Part shown: positions 39,200 to 51,366 of the stretch, in pieces
Layout: every line of letters begins with the position of its first letter
Numbering within the stretch: position 1 is the stretch's first letter
NCBI RefSeq assembly: GCF_032191835.1
Contig: NW_026799997.1
Span: 620,001 to 684,000 of the forward strand
Origin: Heteronotia binoei
Taxonomy: Eukaryota
Reading direction: 5' to 3'
DNA: 64,000 bases
The notes under the pieces: model-generated
The model's input: only the letters and a program-made list of their open reading frames with translations
Database searches by the model: none
What the model was told of the DNA's origin: nothing
Translations under genes and position numbers: made by a program

Positions 39200-39710
39200 C
39201 AGGGCTGCCAATCCCCAGGTGAGGGCAGGGGATCCCCCAGTTTGGAGGCTCTCCCCCCACTTCAAGGTCATCAGAAAGCAGGGGGGGGAGGAAAACGCCT
39301 GCTGCACACTCCATTATTTGCTATGAAGACGGATTCCCATAGGGAATAATGGAGAATAGATCCACGGGTATCTGGGGCTCTGGGGGGGGGCTGTTGTGTT
39401 TTTAGGTAGATGCACCAAATTTGTAGCATAACATCCTGTGCCTCCCCTCAAAACACCTTCCAAGTTTCAAAAGGATTGGACCAGGGGGTCCAATTCTATG
39501 AGCCCCAGAAGGAGGTGCCCCCATCCTTCATTATTTCTAAAGGAGGGAAGGCATTTAAAAAGTATGTTGTCCCTTTAAATGTGATGGCCAGAACTCTCTT
39601 TGGAGTTCAATTATGCTTGTAACAACCTTGCTCCTGGCACCACCCCCAAAGTCTCCTGGCTCCACCCCCATAGTCCCCAGATATTTCTTGAATTGGACTT
39701 GGCAACCCTA
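39200..39710. mobile_element. Non-autonomous hAT-type element (TAGGGTTGCC family), opposite orientation
   Basis: Ends cagggctgcc../..ggcaacccta. Perfect 8-bp TSD ctctgggc (39192-39199, 39711-39718). Confidence 0.9.
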
Positions 39711-41167
39711 CTCTGGGCTAACAAGGGCTATACTCCTATCAAAACAGTTGAACCCACAAATGTACAAATGAGGCCTTGTTAAGCCACTTGGGGAGTTTGT
39801 GGTCTTGATAGTACAAGTATAAATACCTTAAGTAAATAAATAAGTTTGGCTGGCTCATGATATGGACACAGCCTGAGCTCTACAGAAGATCACAATAATA
39901 ACTGAATATCCAATACGAGTAAATATGTGAGGGTTAGGATTGCCAACCATTGCATAAATGGGAGCCAGCATAAAAGGGAGAGAAGAGGGCAGCATTGCCA
40001 GTCAGCATAAAAGGGAGGAAGGGGTGACAAGGTAGAGAGCAACATTGTTCCAATGGCACAATGTCTCTTCCAGTGAATACCCAAAAGTGTTGTCACATCA
40101 CCAACCATAGAGGTTTTCCAGAGTCCTAGAACATCCCATTGGTGTCACATCAACCTAGTGCTATTTTCAAGTATTTGCTAGAAATGACATCATTCCAATG
40201 ATTTTCCAATGTTTATTCCCCCTCCCCTGCTGAGTGGTCAGGAGGTTGGGGAGGGGCTTGATCTGGGGTTTCCTTCTTCAGGGGAGCAAGACAGTCTTGG
40301 AAAAAAAATTAATTTAAACAGAAACATAGAAAGGTGATTGTTTGCTTGTATTCTGTGGTTGTATTCTGCTTTTCAGCCAGAAATCGGCTCCAAAAGTGAC
40401 ATTTAAAATCTAATATAAATACCAGTTATATTAATACAGAATGCTACTTGGAGATAGGGTTCTTAGTTCTTAATGGAAAAGTGTCTTGCAGCTTTTTTTC
40501 TTCCCCCCTCCCCCCATTGTTTCAGGGCTAAATCAGACATGCACTGGGAGTCCCATTTTCAAATCTATTAGTGACCTTTTACTTAGCATGCAGCAAGGAA
40601 AGAGAGTGACTTCAGCAATATGTGCAAGGCAGGGACATCAACTGACCAGACTCTCTGCTGATGCTGTTACCAAACAGGATCACCCTAGTTAGCACAGTGT
40701 TTCTGCTATCTGCTAATCATTATAGTGGTTTGAGAAGACTTTCCCCCAGGATTTTTCATCTGGGAGAGCCCCCTCTTTTGCACACCGTAGTCTGATCCAA
40801 GCTGTGGAGCCTGCACACCTGAGAATTGACTTTTTAAAAGCTCTGGAAGCCTTTAAATACACAATCTCAAGTACAGACCTAATCTGACTGTCAGAGAAGA
40901 CAGTTGGCAGGTGGAGGTTGGCAGAGAGAAAGGCTTTCAGCTGGTTCTAGATCCAAACACAGTGGAGGGTTACAGAGCTACATCCTCTTCTCCCTGATTG
41001 CCTGAACAGTTTCAATTACTAAGCAAGGCAGGAAGAGGATTGGTCTCAATAACAGCAGTGATGTCCAAGCTGTTCTAAGCTGTAACAGTCACTTGATTGA
41101 TCTTCATAGATGTCTGTATTGCTTTCATTATAGGCTAGGCCAGAAGTCCCCAACCTTTTTAGCATCA

Positions 41168-41352
41168 GGCACCTGCTGGAATGGCCTTGGGTTAGCCATA
41201 GCTCTGGCAGAGGTTGTCCTTGAAAGGGCAGCTGCTGTGAGAGCCCTCTCAGCCCCACCCACCTCACAGGGTGTCTGTTGTGGGGGGAGAAGATATAGGA
41301 AATTGTAAGCCGCTCTTTGATTCAGAGAGAAGGGTGGGGTATAAATTTGCAG
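41168..41352 (+). mobile_element. 5'-truncated L2-tailed SINE inside the MER1-like MITE
   Basis: Matches the body and tail of 10537-10860. Confidence 0.85.
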
Positions 41353-41445
41353 TTCTTCTTCTTTTGTGGAAGACAATTTTTCCGTGGACTGGGTGGGGGG
41401 CATGATGGTTTCAGAATGATACAATTGTGCACTTTATTTCTATAA

Positions 41446-41762
41446 GTTTGATGTGGTGGCTAAATGTGTGGATTCTTATCTGGGAGAACTGGGTTTGATT
41501 TCCCAATCCTCCACTTGCAGCTGCTGGAATGGCCTTGGGTCAGCCATAGATCTCACAGAGTTGTCCTTGAAAGGGCAGCTTCTGTCAGAGCTCTCTCAGC
41601 CCCATCCACCTCACAGGGTGTGGTGTGTGGGAGGAAGGCAAAGGAGATTGTGAGCCACTCTGAGCCTCTGAAATTCGGAGTGGAGGGCAGGATATAAATC
41701 CAATGTCGTATTATTATTATTATTATTATTACTACTACTACTACTATTACTACTACTACTAC
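41446..41762 (+). mobile_element. Full-length L2-tailed SINE with (TAT)/(TAC) tail inside the MER1-like MITE
   Basis: Head gtttgatgtggtggctaaatgtgtgg to tail gatataaatccaat plus triplet repeat. Confidence 0.85.
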
Positions 41763-42151
41763 CTTATAGTAATATATAATTAAATAATTACACAATTCAT
41801 GACCCAGTTGCTATGGACTGGTACTGGTCCACAGACCAGGGATTGTGGACCCCTGGGCTAGGCAACAGCTTGTTCATACTACCACAGAAGCAGGAATCCT
41901 TTAGGTCAGCAGGCTGGCCATTAGCATCAATTGTACATCTCATTAGGTGTAGCCACATTCTGTTCATGGCATATGTTCCATCTTATGCAATGGAAGAAGA
42001 ACACATGCATGTCCACTGCTCCACAACATCTATTGAATGGACCAGCCCCATCTTTCTTTCTGTATCTTTCTGCAAAACCCTGTATTAAGCACCACCCATG
42101 TGAATACAAACCACACGGGTGTAGTGACATCAGACTGTATGTTACATTCAA

Positions 42152-42508
42152 TAGCGATGGGCACAAACTGACTGATAAACTAAAGTTTATCAAGAATTTT
42201 GACCAGAAGCATTGTTCACAAACTGAAGAACCACCATGAAATTCCATGAATTTTTATGCAGTTCATGGTGGTTCATGAAGAGCAGAAAGCAGTGGTTTAC
42301 CTCTACTTTTTGCTCATCGTGAAAAACAGTTGTTTGGTTTAAATGGCTCAGAGTGACAAGCTGCAGGGAGCAGAAAGCAGGAGTTTAAACTTTAAATTGC
42401 TTACAAATGGGTTCATTTCACAAACCAGCATATTGGTTCATGGTTCGTTCATGATTCAGCCACAGACCATAAACTGAACTGCAGAAATGAGGTTTGTACC
42501 CATTCCTA
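42152..42508. mobile_element. hAT-type MITE with TAGGGATGGGCACAAAC-like TIRs
   Basis: Ends tagcgatgggcacaaac../..gtttgtacccattccta. TSD acattcaa/gcattcaa. Confidence 0.75.
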
Positions 42509-42784
42509 GCATTCAAGCACAATTTCAACAAGCATAGTTCCATCCACCTACCAAAATGACTTTTCATCTATGCCAGGTTCTTCCCATGGCAGCTATGTGT
42601 ATGGAGAGGAATTCAACCCCAGCTTTGTCTAACTTCCTAGAGGGATGCAAGCTGTATCAAAGATATGGCTGTTGGTCATTTGCTAAAATTTATCCAAGTA
42701 TAAGGAATAAATATAAAATAAAGACCACTGCAGAATGTATGAACAACCACCTTAATAATAAATATAATTTGAAAAGGAGCTATA

Positions 42785-43330
42785 AAACCAGGCAGCCCCT
42801 TCACTCAATTCCCGCAAAACCACTGCGAGTTTCCCTACATGGCACAATAGGCCCTGTGAGAGCTCACAGTGGGGCAGGAGGGGGGGAATATGTGTCTGCA
42901 TGGAAGACACTGATGATACAGTTACAGGTAAGCACATCTCTGTTTTCATCTTCCGTCTTCCTGGGCAGCCCCACATTGGGACCATTAGCAAACTGCTTAC
43001 CAGAGGAGGCGGGGTGGATGAATCTCTCACTGGAACATAGCTTGCAGAATTGCCTTGCCCACGTTTGCTTCTCTCCTTGCCTGAGAATCTCATGAAAATG
43101 TCCTCTGATGACCAGGCAGCTGCCTTGCAGATGTCCAGAAGGGGAATCCTTCGATGAAAGGAATGAATATTGACCAGGACACTGGCATACCTGCCTCTCT
43201 TCTGTAATCAATGAAGATGGTGGAGGGTGTGAGATTATGTTGAGGTAAATTTATTCATGTCACCTAGAATTAGGAGGGCTGTGATACCACATCTGTACAC
43301 ACCAACATGGATAGGTTTCCTAATATATAG
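42785..43330 (-). mobile_element. DIRS (tyrosine recombinase retrotransposon) remnant
   Basis: Minus strand ~43089-43150 reads IPLLDICKAAAWSSEDIFMR (YR C-terminal motif). Adjacent cagttacaggtaagc..ttttc..cccacattggg resembles a DIRS repeat junction. Confidence 0.7.
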
Positions 43331-44185
43331 CTCGTAGGAATCCCTAATAGTGCCTTTCTCATTTATTTAATATATTTGTTACCTTCAGAAATGTACAGCA
43401 AAGTGGATACACCAGGTTATTCTTTTTAAAAAAAAAAAAAGTTGGGAAATTAGGGGCCTATTACTTTTGCATTTTATGAGTTGCTTGCTCTTTGCTGTTT
43501 GGCAAGACAAATAGAATCACATAGTGTGAGTGACTCAGAACAGAACCTCCACATCAATCATCTACCCGGCTCTCCATAAATTCTGTAGGGCATTCAGGAC
43601 GTTTTGCTGCCTATGAATAATTTAGACAAGAAGAATCCCTAAAATCATCCTGATGGATTGTGACAGGAAAGTGGGACTTTTATAGCTGTTTGCCCAAACA
43701 CTACCACTATTACAACTCTTTAGTGAACACATACTTCTTTAAATAACAAAAAAAAAATGGGAACTGGCAACCCAGTGTCATATTGCCAGCTACCACATAC
43801 ACAAACTCACTGGAAAGTAATGATATTTACTATATGAATATTGCATGAACTATCCATAGGAGACTGGAAGGCTGTATAAAACTTCAAAGCCAGGAGATCA
43901 ATTCTAAAAGTGAAATTTAAAAAGATGGTTTTATAATATGTATAAAATGCTGGCAAACAGCCAACACCTCTCCAGTGTTCATCTAGACTAGGTGCTTCTT
44001 GTGGCCCACCAAGCCAAACACCCCTCACAGTATGGTACTCTGTAATCAGTTATTGCTGCCTGAGACAACAGGGTGGGGGGAAAGGGTAGCAGGGAGTTTC
44101 AAAAACCCAGTAGCCAAAAATAGCAGGCAGATGAGATACATTCATCTTATTGGGCCACAAGTTGTTCATGGGAATGTGCCCATTC

Positions 44186-44772
44186 TGTTGTAACTCAGTC
44201 AGGAGAGGAGTCCTTTGTAGCCAGCTCTGAATCAGCAGAAGCCAGCCAGCAAGAAGCTGAATTTCAGGCTTCTTGGAGTTCACATCTGACAGCTGATGCA
44301 GAGCCACCAGCACCTTCCAGCCCTGTTTCAACAGATGAACCCCAGGTGGTCATTATTAGCCTTCCAGTTTCACCCACACCCTTTGTGTGCTGCAGACGAA
44401 AGCTTAGAATGGAGCTCTAGGAGAAAAGACAGAGAGCACATCTCCTGGCCCAACACCAGATGCTTGCTGATGTAGAGTAGCTGCAGGGTTACTCAGTTGG
44501 CTGCAATACCTTCCAGAAGATGTCTATAAAAGCCAGTCAAGAGAGACTGCTCAATGTGGAAGGGGCAAGGGAACGCTGCAATCACAGCGCCTGACTCTGC
44601 TCCACTCCAGTGACCTTCAGACCATCTTTGGACTTGGATCTCAGACCTTCTTGCTCTTTTGTACAACTCTGGGTTGAATGATTCTCCCTTGCCTGACTTC
44701 GGGAGCCCTGACTTTGGACCAACACTAATGCTGTCTCTGGACTCTGACTGCGACTGTACCTAGCTCCTGACA
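44186..44772 (+). mobile_element. Solo LTR (587 bp) inserted in an old L2 fragment
   Basis: tgttg..tgaca termini; 5-bp TSD cattc (44181-44185, 44773-44777); tataaaag at ~44525. Confidence 0.8.
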
Positions 44773-44879
44773 CATTCATACAAATCATCCATAAAGGCCC
44801 TGTTTGTGGTACCCCTAGCCTCTGAGATTAAACTATAGGGCCTTCTCTGTAGCAGCACCATGTCTTTGGAATGCCCCTC

Positions 44880-44990
44880 CAAGAAGAAGGCATTGGCAAA
44901 GCACCTCTGAACGTCTCTTGTTTTGACAACCCTATGAGGTTTCCATAAATTAGCTGTGATTGATGGCACTTTCTACTACCCCAGTGTAGA
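44880..44990 (+). mobile_element. 3' tail fragment of the 5S/Sauria-type SINE
   Basis: gaaggcattggcaaagcacctctgaacgtctcttg..aaccctatgagg..gatggcac. Confidence 0.65.
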
Positions 44991-45019
44991 TTTAGGTTAG
45001 CTACTGTGAGGCACTTTGA

Positions 45020-45252
45020 ATATTATGTATTCATTTATTTACTTACTTCCATGATATCCTGCTTTCTTCCTTATGAGATCCAAAGCGGTTTACAACGCTC
45101 TCCTCCCCTGCTCCATCTTAGTCTGTCAGTGGCCCTATGTGGTGGGTTAGGCAGAGGATGTATGACTGGCCCAAGGTCACCCAGAATGGGGATTCAAACC
45201 TATGTTTCTGAAATCTTAGTCCAACATTCTGACCACTGCACCACATTGGCTC
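45020..45252 (-). mobile_element. Older L2-tailed tRNA SINE, antisense
   Basis: gactggcccaaggtcacccag and ggggattcaaacc..accactgcaccacattggct (reverse-complement tRNA head). Confidence 0.7.
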
Positions 45253-45968
45253 TGTTTTTTAATTTATCTTAGAAAAAATAAAATGAATTTTTTTACTGTG
45301 TAATCAATAATATCACCAATTTGGATCACTGTTTTCAAGCACAATGGCTAAAACATAGTCTTCTACTAAACAGCATCTGTCTTTGAGGTATTTTGAGATC
45401 CTTTAACAAAGGATCCTCTTGACAGTAAAGAATGACATTCAAAGGGATCACAAAAGAGGGAATTTCAAGCAGATTGTGGCTCCCTCTTCCAAGGATCCTT
45501 TGGGCTTTGACGGTAAACTGTTAAATTGCCTTGAAAGGATTGTGGGGGGTGGGCAGATATAAAGAATTAGAATGATGGATCCTTCAAGTTTAATTTTCCC
45601 CCTCAAAAGGATCATTTTAACATTGAAGATGGTCTGACCATATGTTAATTAAAGGATGGCAAGACATGGAGATTTAACTCAGAGAATAGAATGCATTTCC
45701 TCTCAGCCAATTCCTTTGCCCTGGCATTTCTTCTGTGAATTATCATGGTTTCCACTTGTTAATATTCCCCATCCAGTCTGAAGGAGAATCATTCACATGC
45801 ATTGCAGACATTGGTTAGTATTAATAAATTGTTTTATTATGACTGTGAATGTTGTTCTAATAGACTGACATGGTTACCTACCTCAAATATAAACTTTGCA
45901 ATTTGGACTAATTTTTAAAGGTGTTACAAGGAACAAAATCATCACCCCTTTTATCATTGTCTTCTTAG

Positions 45969-45994
45969 GCTACGGTCTTCATCCTCCTTACCCC
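45969..45994 (+). other. Candidate 26-nt microexon
   Basis: ttttatcattgtcttcttag / GCTACGGTCTTCATCCTCCTTACCCC / gtaaga; no stop in any frame. Confidence 0.35.
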
Positions 45995-48522
45995 GTAAGA
46001 CTTCAAATGAAATTATGGGTCTGGAATAATTGGGTTGAGAATTGTAGGCATTTGTGTTAAAACTTCATAATTTGTCAAATGACAAAATATTTTTCTTTAT
46101 TAGCAAATCTATTAAATGGGACTCGGCAAGTATCACTGCAGTACATCTGTTGTAGTAATGGATATGAATTTGCCAAGCCATTCTCTCATTCTGTGAAGTG
46201 CGAATATAACAAGCCCAGCCCATTAACAAGGACTAGGCAAATGATCGCACTCTATCATTTTCAAAGGAACTGATGGAATGTGAAATGAGTTTCCTGGCAG
46301 TAAAACATCATGGAAGTATAGAAATTATAGGATGATACATGGATGGGTGAATGGATAGATCGACAGATAGATAGCACTGCCCTTGCCTATGTTACGTTCA
46401 TCAGGTTGCCAGATCCTCACCTGGAGACAGATTCTGTATGTTTATATGGTACACAGCATGCCAGTACCGCTGAACTGCATCCATTGCACTTTCCTTCCAT
46501 AGGTCTTCTCACCCATCCTTCAATAAAATCGTTTTGTATTACAATAGGAAATTGTGATGGTATAAAAAGACATTTTATTTGCATATTACCCTATCCCATG
46601 TATATGGACAAGTGATAACTGTTTTCAAAAATCATAAAAGAAGAATCCAAGTCTCTCTCAACATAAGAGATCAGTGGTAAAGATACAATTTCTCAGCATC
46701 TCTTTCATTTCATAGAGAAATATTAAAGAATGTGATCCTGTTTTCTCTAATACTCATTCCCACCCTATGCTATAATAAGCTCCAGTATGAAGAAAAGTTA
46801 GGTGACCTTCCCATTCATATATGACATAAGCAGCGGTAGGATCTCGAAATAAAATCAGAGCCTGTGGGCAAGAAAACTAACAGTGGCATCCTAAGCAGAA
46901 TTATCCTGGGTTCCCCTGACTTGACTCTCATCATATTTGTTGCAGGAAGGGGTGGGGCTGTGTGGAATTTTTCTCTTTAAAAAACAGTTTATTTAAATTT
47001 TTACATAATAAAAATGAATAATACAACACTGATATAATTCTATTAAAACAGTAAACGTTCATGCAGAACTTTGAAGAGAGAGATGTAAAGGAAAAATACC
47101 TATTTAAACCATAAATGAAGGGCTTATCAAAATTCAGTATATGATCAAAATACTAGTAAGATTTTCAGAACAGTGCTAAAAAATAGTGGCATATGGATTG
47201 GTTCCTTTGGCCTCCCCACACTTGATGGTGAGAGGGCAGTGGCAGCTCCTGGTTTTCTTCTCTTGGCTAACTGCCACTCTGCCACCCCCAACCTATCTGC
47301 CCTGCCTGGCTGAAACTAGGGTTGCCAAGTCCAATTTAAGAAATATCTGGGGACTTTGGGGGTGGAGCCAGGAGACTTTGGGGGTGGAGCCAGGAGCAAG
47401 GAAGTGACATCACTTCCAAGTCAAAGGTCAAGTGATGTCACTTCCTGAACTTCACTCCTCTATATCACTTCCAGCACACTGCATCAAACCCCACCTCTAA
47501 AACCCTTCATGGGGGTTTAGGAATCCTAATTTCTACATCACTTAAATTGAATGTGTCCATCTAAAAAATTCAAACCCATGGGCAATGGCTATCCTCCTAC
47601 ACTTCAAAATGGGGTCTCTTCTAATACTAAATGTATATATCCCTCCCCAGCAAAAATGATCAGATATAGCAAGGTGCTGTAATTAATCTGAATTTTTTAT
47701 TGAAGAACTTTTATTAGATACTCCAGCACACCTGATTCTAAAGGGGGGGGGGAGAGACTTTAGTGCTAGACTCAATTCAAATGATAAGATTCTAATTGAC
47801 AAATTTGGATGAAAGCTTGCTAAATAATGTCACTTAATTCAAAACAGATATGGGCTTCCCTCTTAAACAGTGGAGGCCATTCCCAACCTAGTAAGACTTA
47901 GTTACTGCTGTCTTCTCAGGTCAAACACAATTACAAGCCTAAGTAGCTCTATCATACCTCTGGTAATTCTGTGGTCAGGTATTTCTCAGTTGCATTCTCT
48001 TTGCCACAAAAAAGAATTTGTAGCTCTTTATGCTTGGCAATTTGGAAGCTTAAGATAATTCACACCAGAGAAAATTCTTATATGCACACTAGAGCATATT
48101 ATGTCCTCCTCTATGTCTAGCAATTGGGAGTGGAGGTTTGCATATATCACCCCTACCAAAAATCCTAATAAGCAGCTCTGGTTACCATCATGTAATAGAA
48201 TAGCTCTAGGGTTGCCAGGACCTGTCACTGACCAGAGGCAGGAGTAGGGTTGCCAGCTCCAGGTTGGGGTATTCCTGGAGACTTGGAGGTGGAGCCTGGG
48301 GAGGACACGGAACTCAGTGGATTACAATGCTCCCAAAGTCCACCCTCCAAAGCATCCATTTTCTCCAGCAGAAATTGACTTTGTAATCTGGAGATATGCC
48401 ATAATTCCAGGAAATACTTTCAAGTATCAGTTATTCATCTTTTCATTTAGTGGGATTAGAAAAGAACACAATATCAAAACAATATCTGCAGTACTGCATT
48501 TAGAACACCTGAGACTCAGAAG

Positions 48523-48713
48523 CAATGTTCCCTCTAAACTGTGGGGTCATGTGAGCAAAAAATCTACTTTGTGAGCTATTGGCATTGAAGTCATGAGCTC
48601 CTGCATAAATTAGTTTCATGTGGGGCCATTTTTCCTGAGCTAAGACCAAAATGTGTGAGCTGGAGACTAAAAACTGAACTAGCTCACACTAACTCAGCTT
48701 AGAGGAAACATTG
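48523..48713. mobile_element. hAT-type MITE with CAATGTTCCCTCTAA TIRs
   Basis: Ends caatgttccctctaa../..ttagaggaaacattg. Flanks ctcagaag/ctcaaaaa. Confidence 0.7.
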
Positions 48714-49993
48714 CTCAAAAATATGTTTAAAAGTCATCTAGAACCAACATATTCATAATGCAATAAACTATATTGCTTCCTTTTCACAAAAAATACAATT
48801 CCTGTCAAACTATCTGATCTTTACCTGGAAAATCCCTCCCCCCAGTCGTTATAGGATTGGTTTGTTTGGTGTGTTTGTTGTGATAAAAAACCTGCTATAT
48901 CTTAAGGGGGGGGGAGGAGAGCAGGATAATTAACTCAGCAAAACAATGCTAGCAAATAAAAATAGGTTAGTTTTAACACCCATTTTCTCAAGTGAAAATG
49001 ACTTCTGTAAACTGCAAATCAGTTGAATAAATATGCTTGCATATGAAAAAATATACCTTGAATTAAACTTTGTTGGTCTTAAAGGTGCCACTTGGTTCAA
49101 AGTTTTAGCAAGGTTTTAAAAATTAAGACAAATTTCTTCAGAATGTTCCAGACACCCGGGCCAGCATATACCAAAGTTAAGCTGAACATGGGGTAGCCAA
49201 AGGCAATAAAAGCAGAGGAGGCAATAAATCAGATAAGACAATGAAAAAATAAACAGTCTCCACAAGAACACAAGGCTGGGACTGCGCTTAGCCCAGCCCG
49301 GCTGAGAAGCACATAAAACGAAAACTTAAGCACTCTAAACGGATACCTTAAATCATTTAAAATCAAGCTTTAGAAAGCACCTTAGTCGCAGAGCAAAACA
49401 GCATCAGAAGACTACTCCTTGCCTGCACTTCCTGTTCTGGAAGAGAGGCTTTTCTTCTTAAAGGCAAAACAACCCCAAAAGTTCTCAATAAGTATTCTAA
49501 TGCAAAGTTCTGCAGAAGTTGCTGCTGACAGGTTGAGGGCAAGGCAGTTTATCAGTTCATGCATCATTCAAAATCTCATCAAGAGCACCTCATGCCTTTC
49601 TGTTCTGCAGTGAAGGCACAGAGCAGGTTTGTGTGACGAGAAAATGTTTGCTAGATCTCCCTCTCTCTGTGCCTGGAAGGAATGTTTATTTACACACCAA
49701 CCACCTCTACAAATCTTCTTTACTAACAGGACAGGACACACACACACACACCCTCCCTTCCCTTCTTTTTCGGCTCTTGCTTAGCATGCCTGGGTGAGGA
49801 CTGGACTCCAGTGCTGAGCCTTCGGTGGGTGCAGGGAATCAGGCAGGCTCTCTCCGGAGAGTGACATGAAGTTCCCCCCCTCCCCCCCCCCGCTTCTGGA
49901 CTTTTGGAGACCGGGGGAGGAGGCTATAAATTCTGGAGTCCCCCGCCAGGGCGGGGGGGTTGGCAAGCCTAGCTGAAACAGCAGGAGTGTGGC

Positions 49994-50160
49994 CAAGGCT
50001 GGCCCTAGACTGTCTGGCACCCTAGGCAAGGCTAATTTCTGGCACCCCTCCTGCACTGATAATGTCACCGAGTCACACGGGGAGGTGCCCAATTTGATGC
50101 CCCCAGAAGCTTGGCACCCTAGGCAGTTGCCTAGTTTGCCTAGTGGCAGGGCCAGCCCTG
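49994..50160. mobile_element. hAT (Tip100-like) MITE with CAGGGCTGGCCC TIRs
   Basis: Ends caaggctggccct../..agggccagccctg. TSD agtgtggc/ggtgtggc. Confidence 0.75.
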
Positions 50161-51096
50161 GGTGTGGCAGCATCTCATCCAACATCTCCTCTGTTTGGAG
50201 TTTTTGGGGGGGTTTTGTTGTTGTTTTTTTAAAAAACCAACTCTTCCATTTAAAAAGTTTCTAATTTTTCCTAAAAAACAGAAAGTCTCCAAAGTTTATT
50301 GCGGAAATCAACTTCCTTTCTTCTTGGCCCCAATCTACAGATTTCAGTATATGAAGTTGGAACTATATTGACAGGGTACACGATGAACACACAGGACAAA
50401 TTAACAGGAAAAGTTAACTAGAAAACAAAGTTCCCTAGCACAATTGTATATTAGATTTCTAACTTTAACTCAATATCTGATTCCCTTCAAATCAGAATCA
50501 CCCTGGGGTAGGATTGCCAGGCCAAGGTTTTACCACCTTTTACCATAAAGTCTCCGGTTGTACCCAGTAGTGACATAGCGACATCAATTATGCTGCTGGG
50601 GAATTGTGAGTTTTTTTAAAAAAATCTCACAGCCACTCAAAGCTCTGTGGCAAGCAACAGAGCTTGCCAGAGGGAGCCTCCAACTAAAGCAGGAGACCTA
50701 GCAAGTCTACCCAGGGTGAGGGATCAGCTCCTTCCTAAAGCAGTCTCACTGCTGCTCAGCTTCAGAGATTGAAAATCCTCTAGGGTTGGCAGCCAGGCTT
50801 TTCACTCTGGTGGGAGCAAAATTGAGAGCTGGAACAACATTGCAATATCACTTCTGGTTGTACTTGGAAATGATGATGTGACACTCTAGGAATTCCCCAA
50901 TCTCTATTGTAAAAATAATAGAGATTTCAGGAATTCCTAGAGCATTGTGATATCATTTTTGCTGCCAGTGGAGCGAAGAGCTCTAGTTCAAGCCATGGGT
51001 AAAAGATTGCCTTCCATGGCAGGCAATCTCATAAACTTAGCATCTTTTCTCCCTCTGGAGGGTCTTGTATGCACTCTTTCAAAGTGCTGCCTCCTG

Positions 51097-51366
51097 TAGC
51101 AGAAAGGTTAAAACGGATAAAAGGAAGTACTTCTTCACCCAAAGGGTGATTAACATGTGGAATTCACTGCCACAGGAGGTGGTGGCGGCCACAAGTATAG
51201 CCACCTTCAAGAAGGGTTTAGATAAATATATGGAGCACAGGTCCATCAGTGGCTATTAGCCACAGTGTATGTGTGTATATAAAATTTTTTGCCACTGTGT
51301 GACACAGAGTGTTGGACTTGATGGGCCGTTGGCCTGATCCAACATGGCTTCTCTTATGTTCTTATG
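51097..51366 (+). mobile_element. CR1 LINE 3' end
   Basis: Encodes RKYFFTQRVINMWNSLPQEVV; 3' UTR ends ttctcttatgttcttatg. Confidence 0.9.

Larger units (their letters stand above)
41141..41855. mobile_element. MER1/Charlie3-like hAT MITE interrupted by two SINEs
   Basis: Ends cagaagtccccaacc../..gtggacccctg. Perfect TSD ggctaggc. Internal ggaagacaatttttcc and ttgtgcactttatttctat blocks. Confidence 0.8.

Noticed and set aside
42556-43095. 179-aa plus-strand ORF
   Set aside because: Crosses from unique DNA into the antisense DIRS remnant; no coherent protein features.
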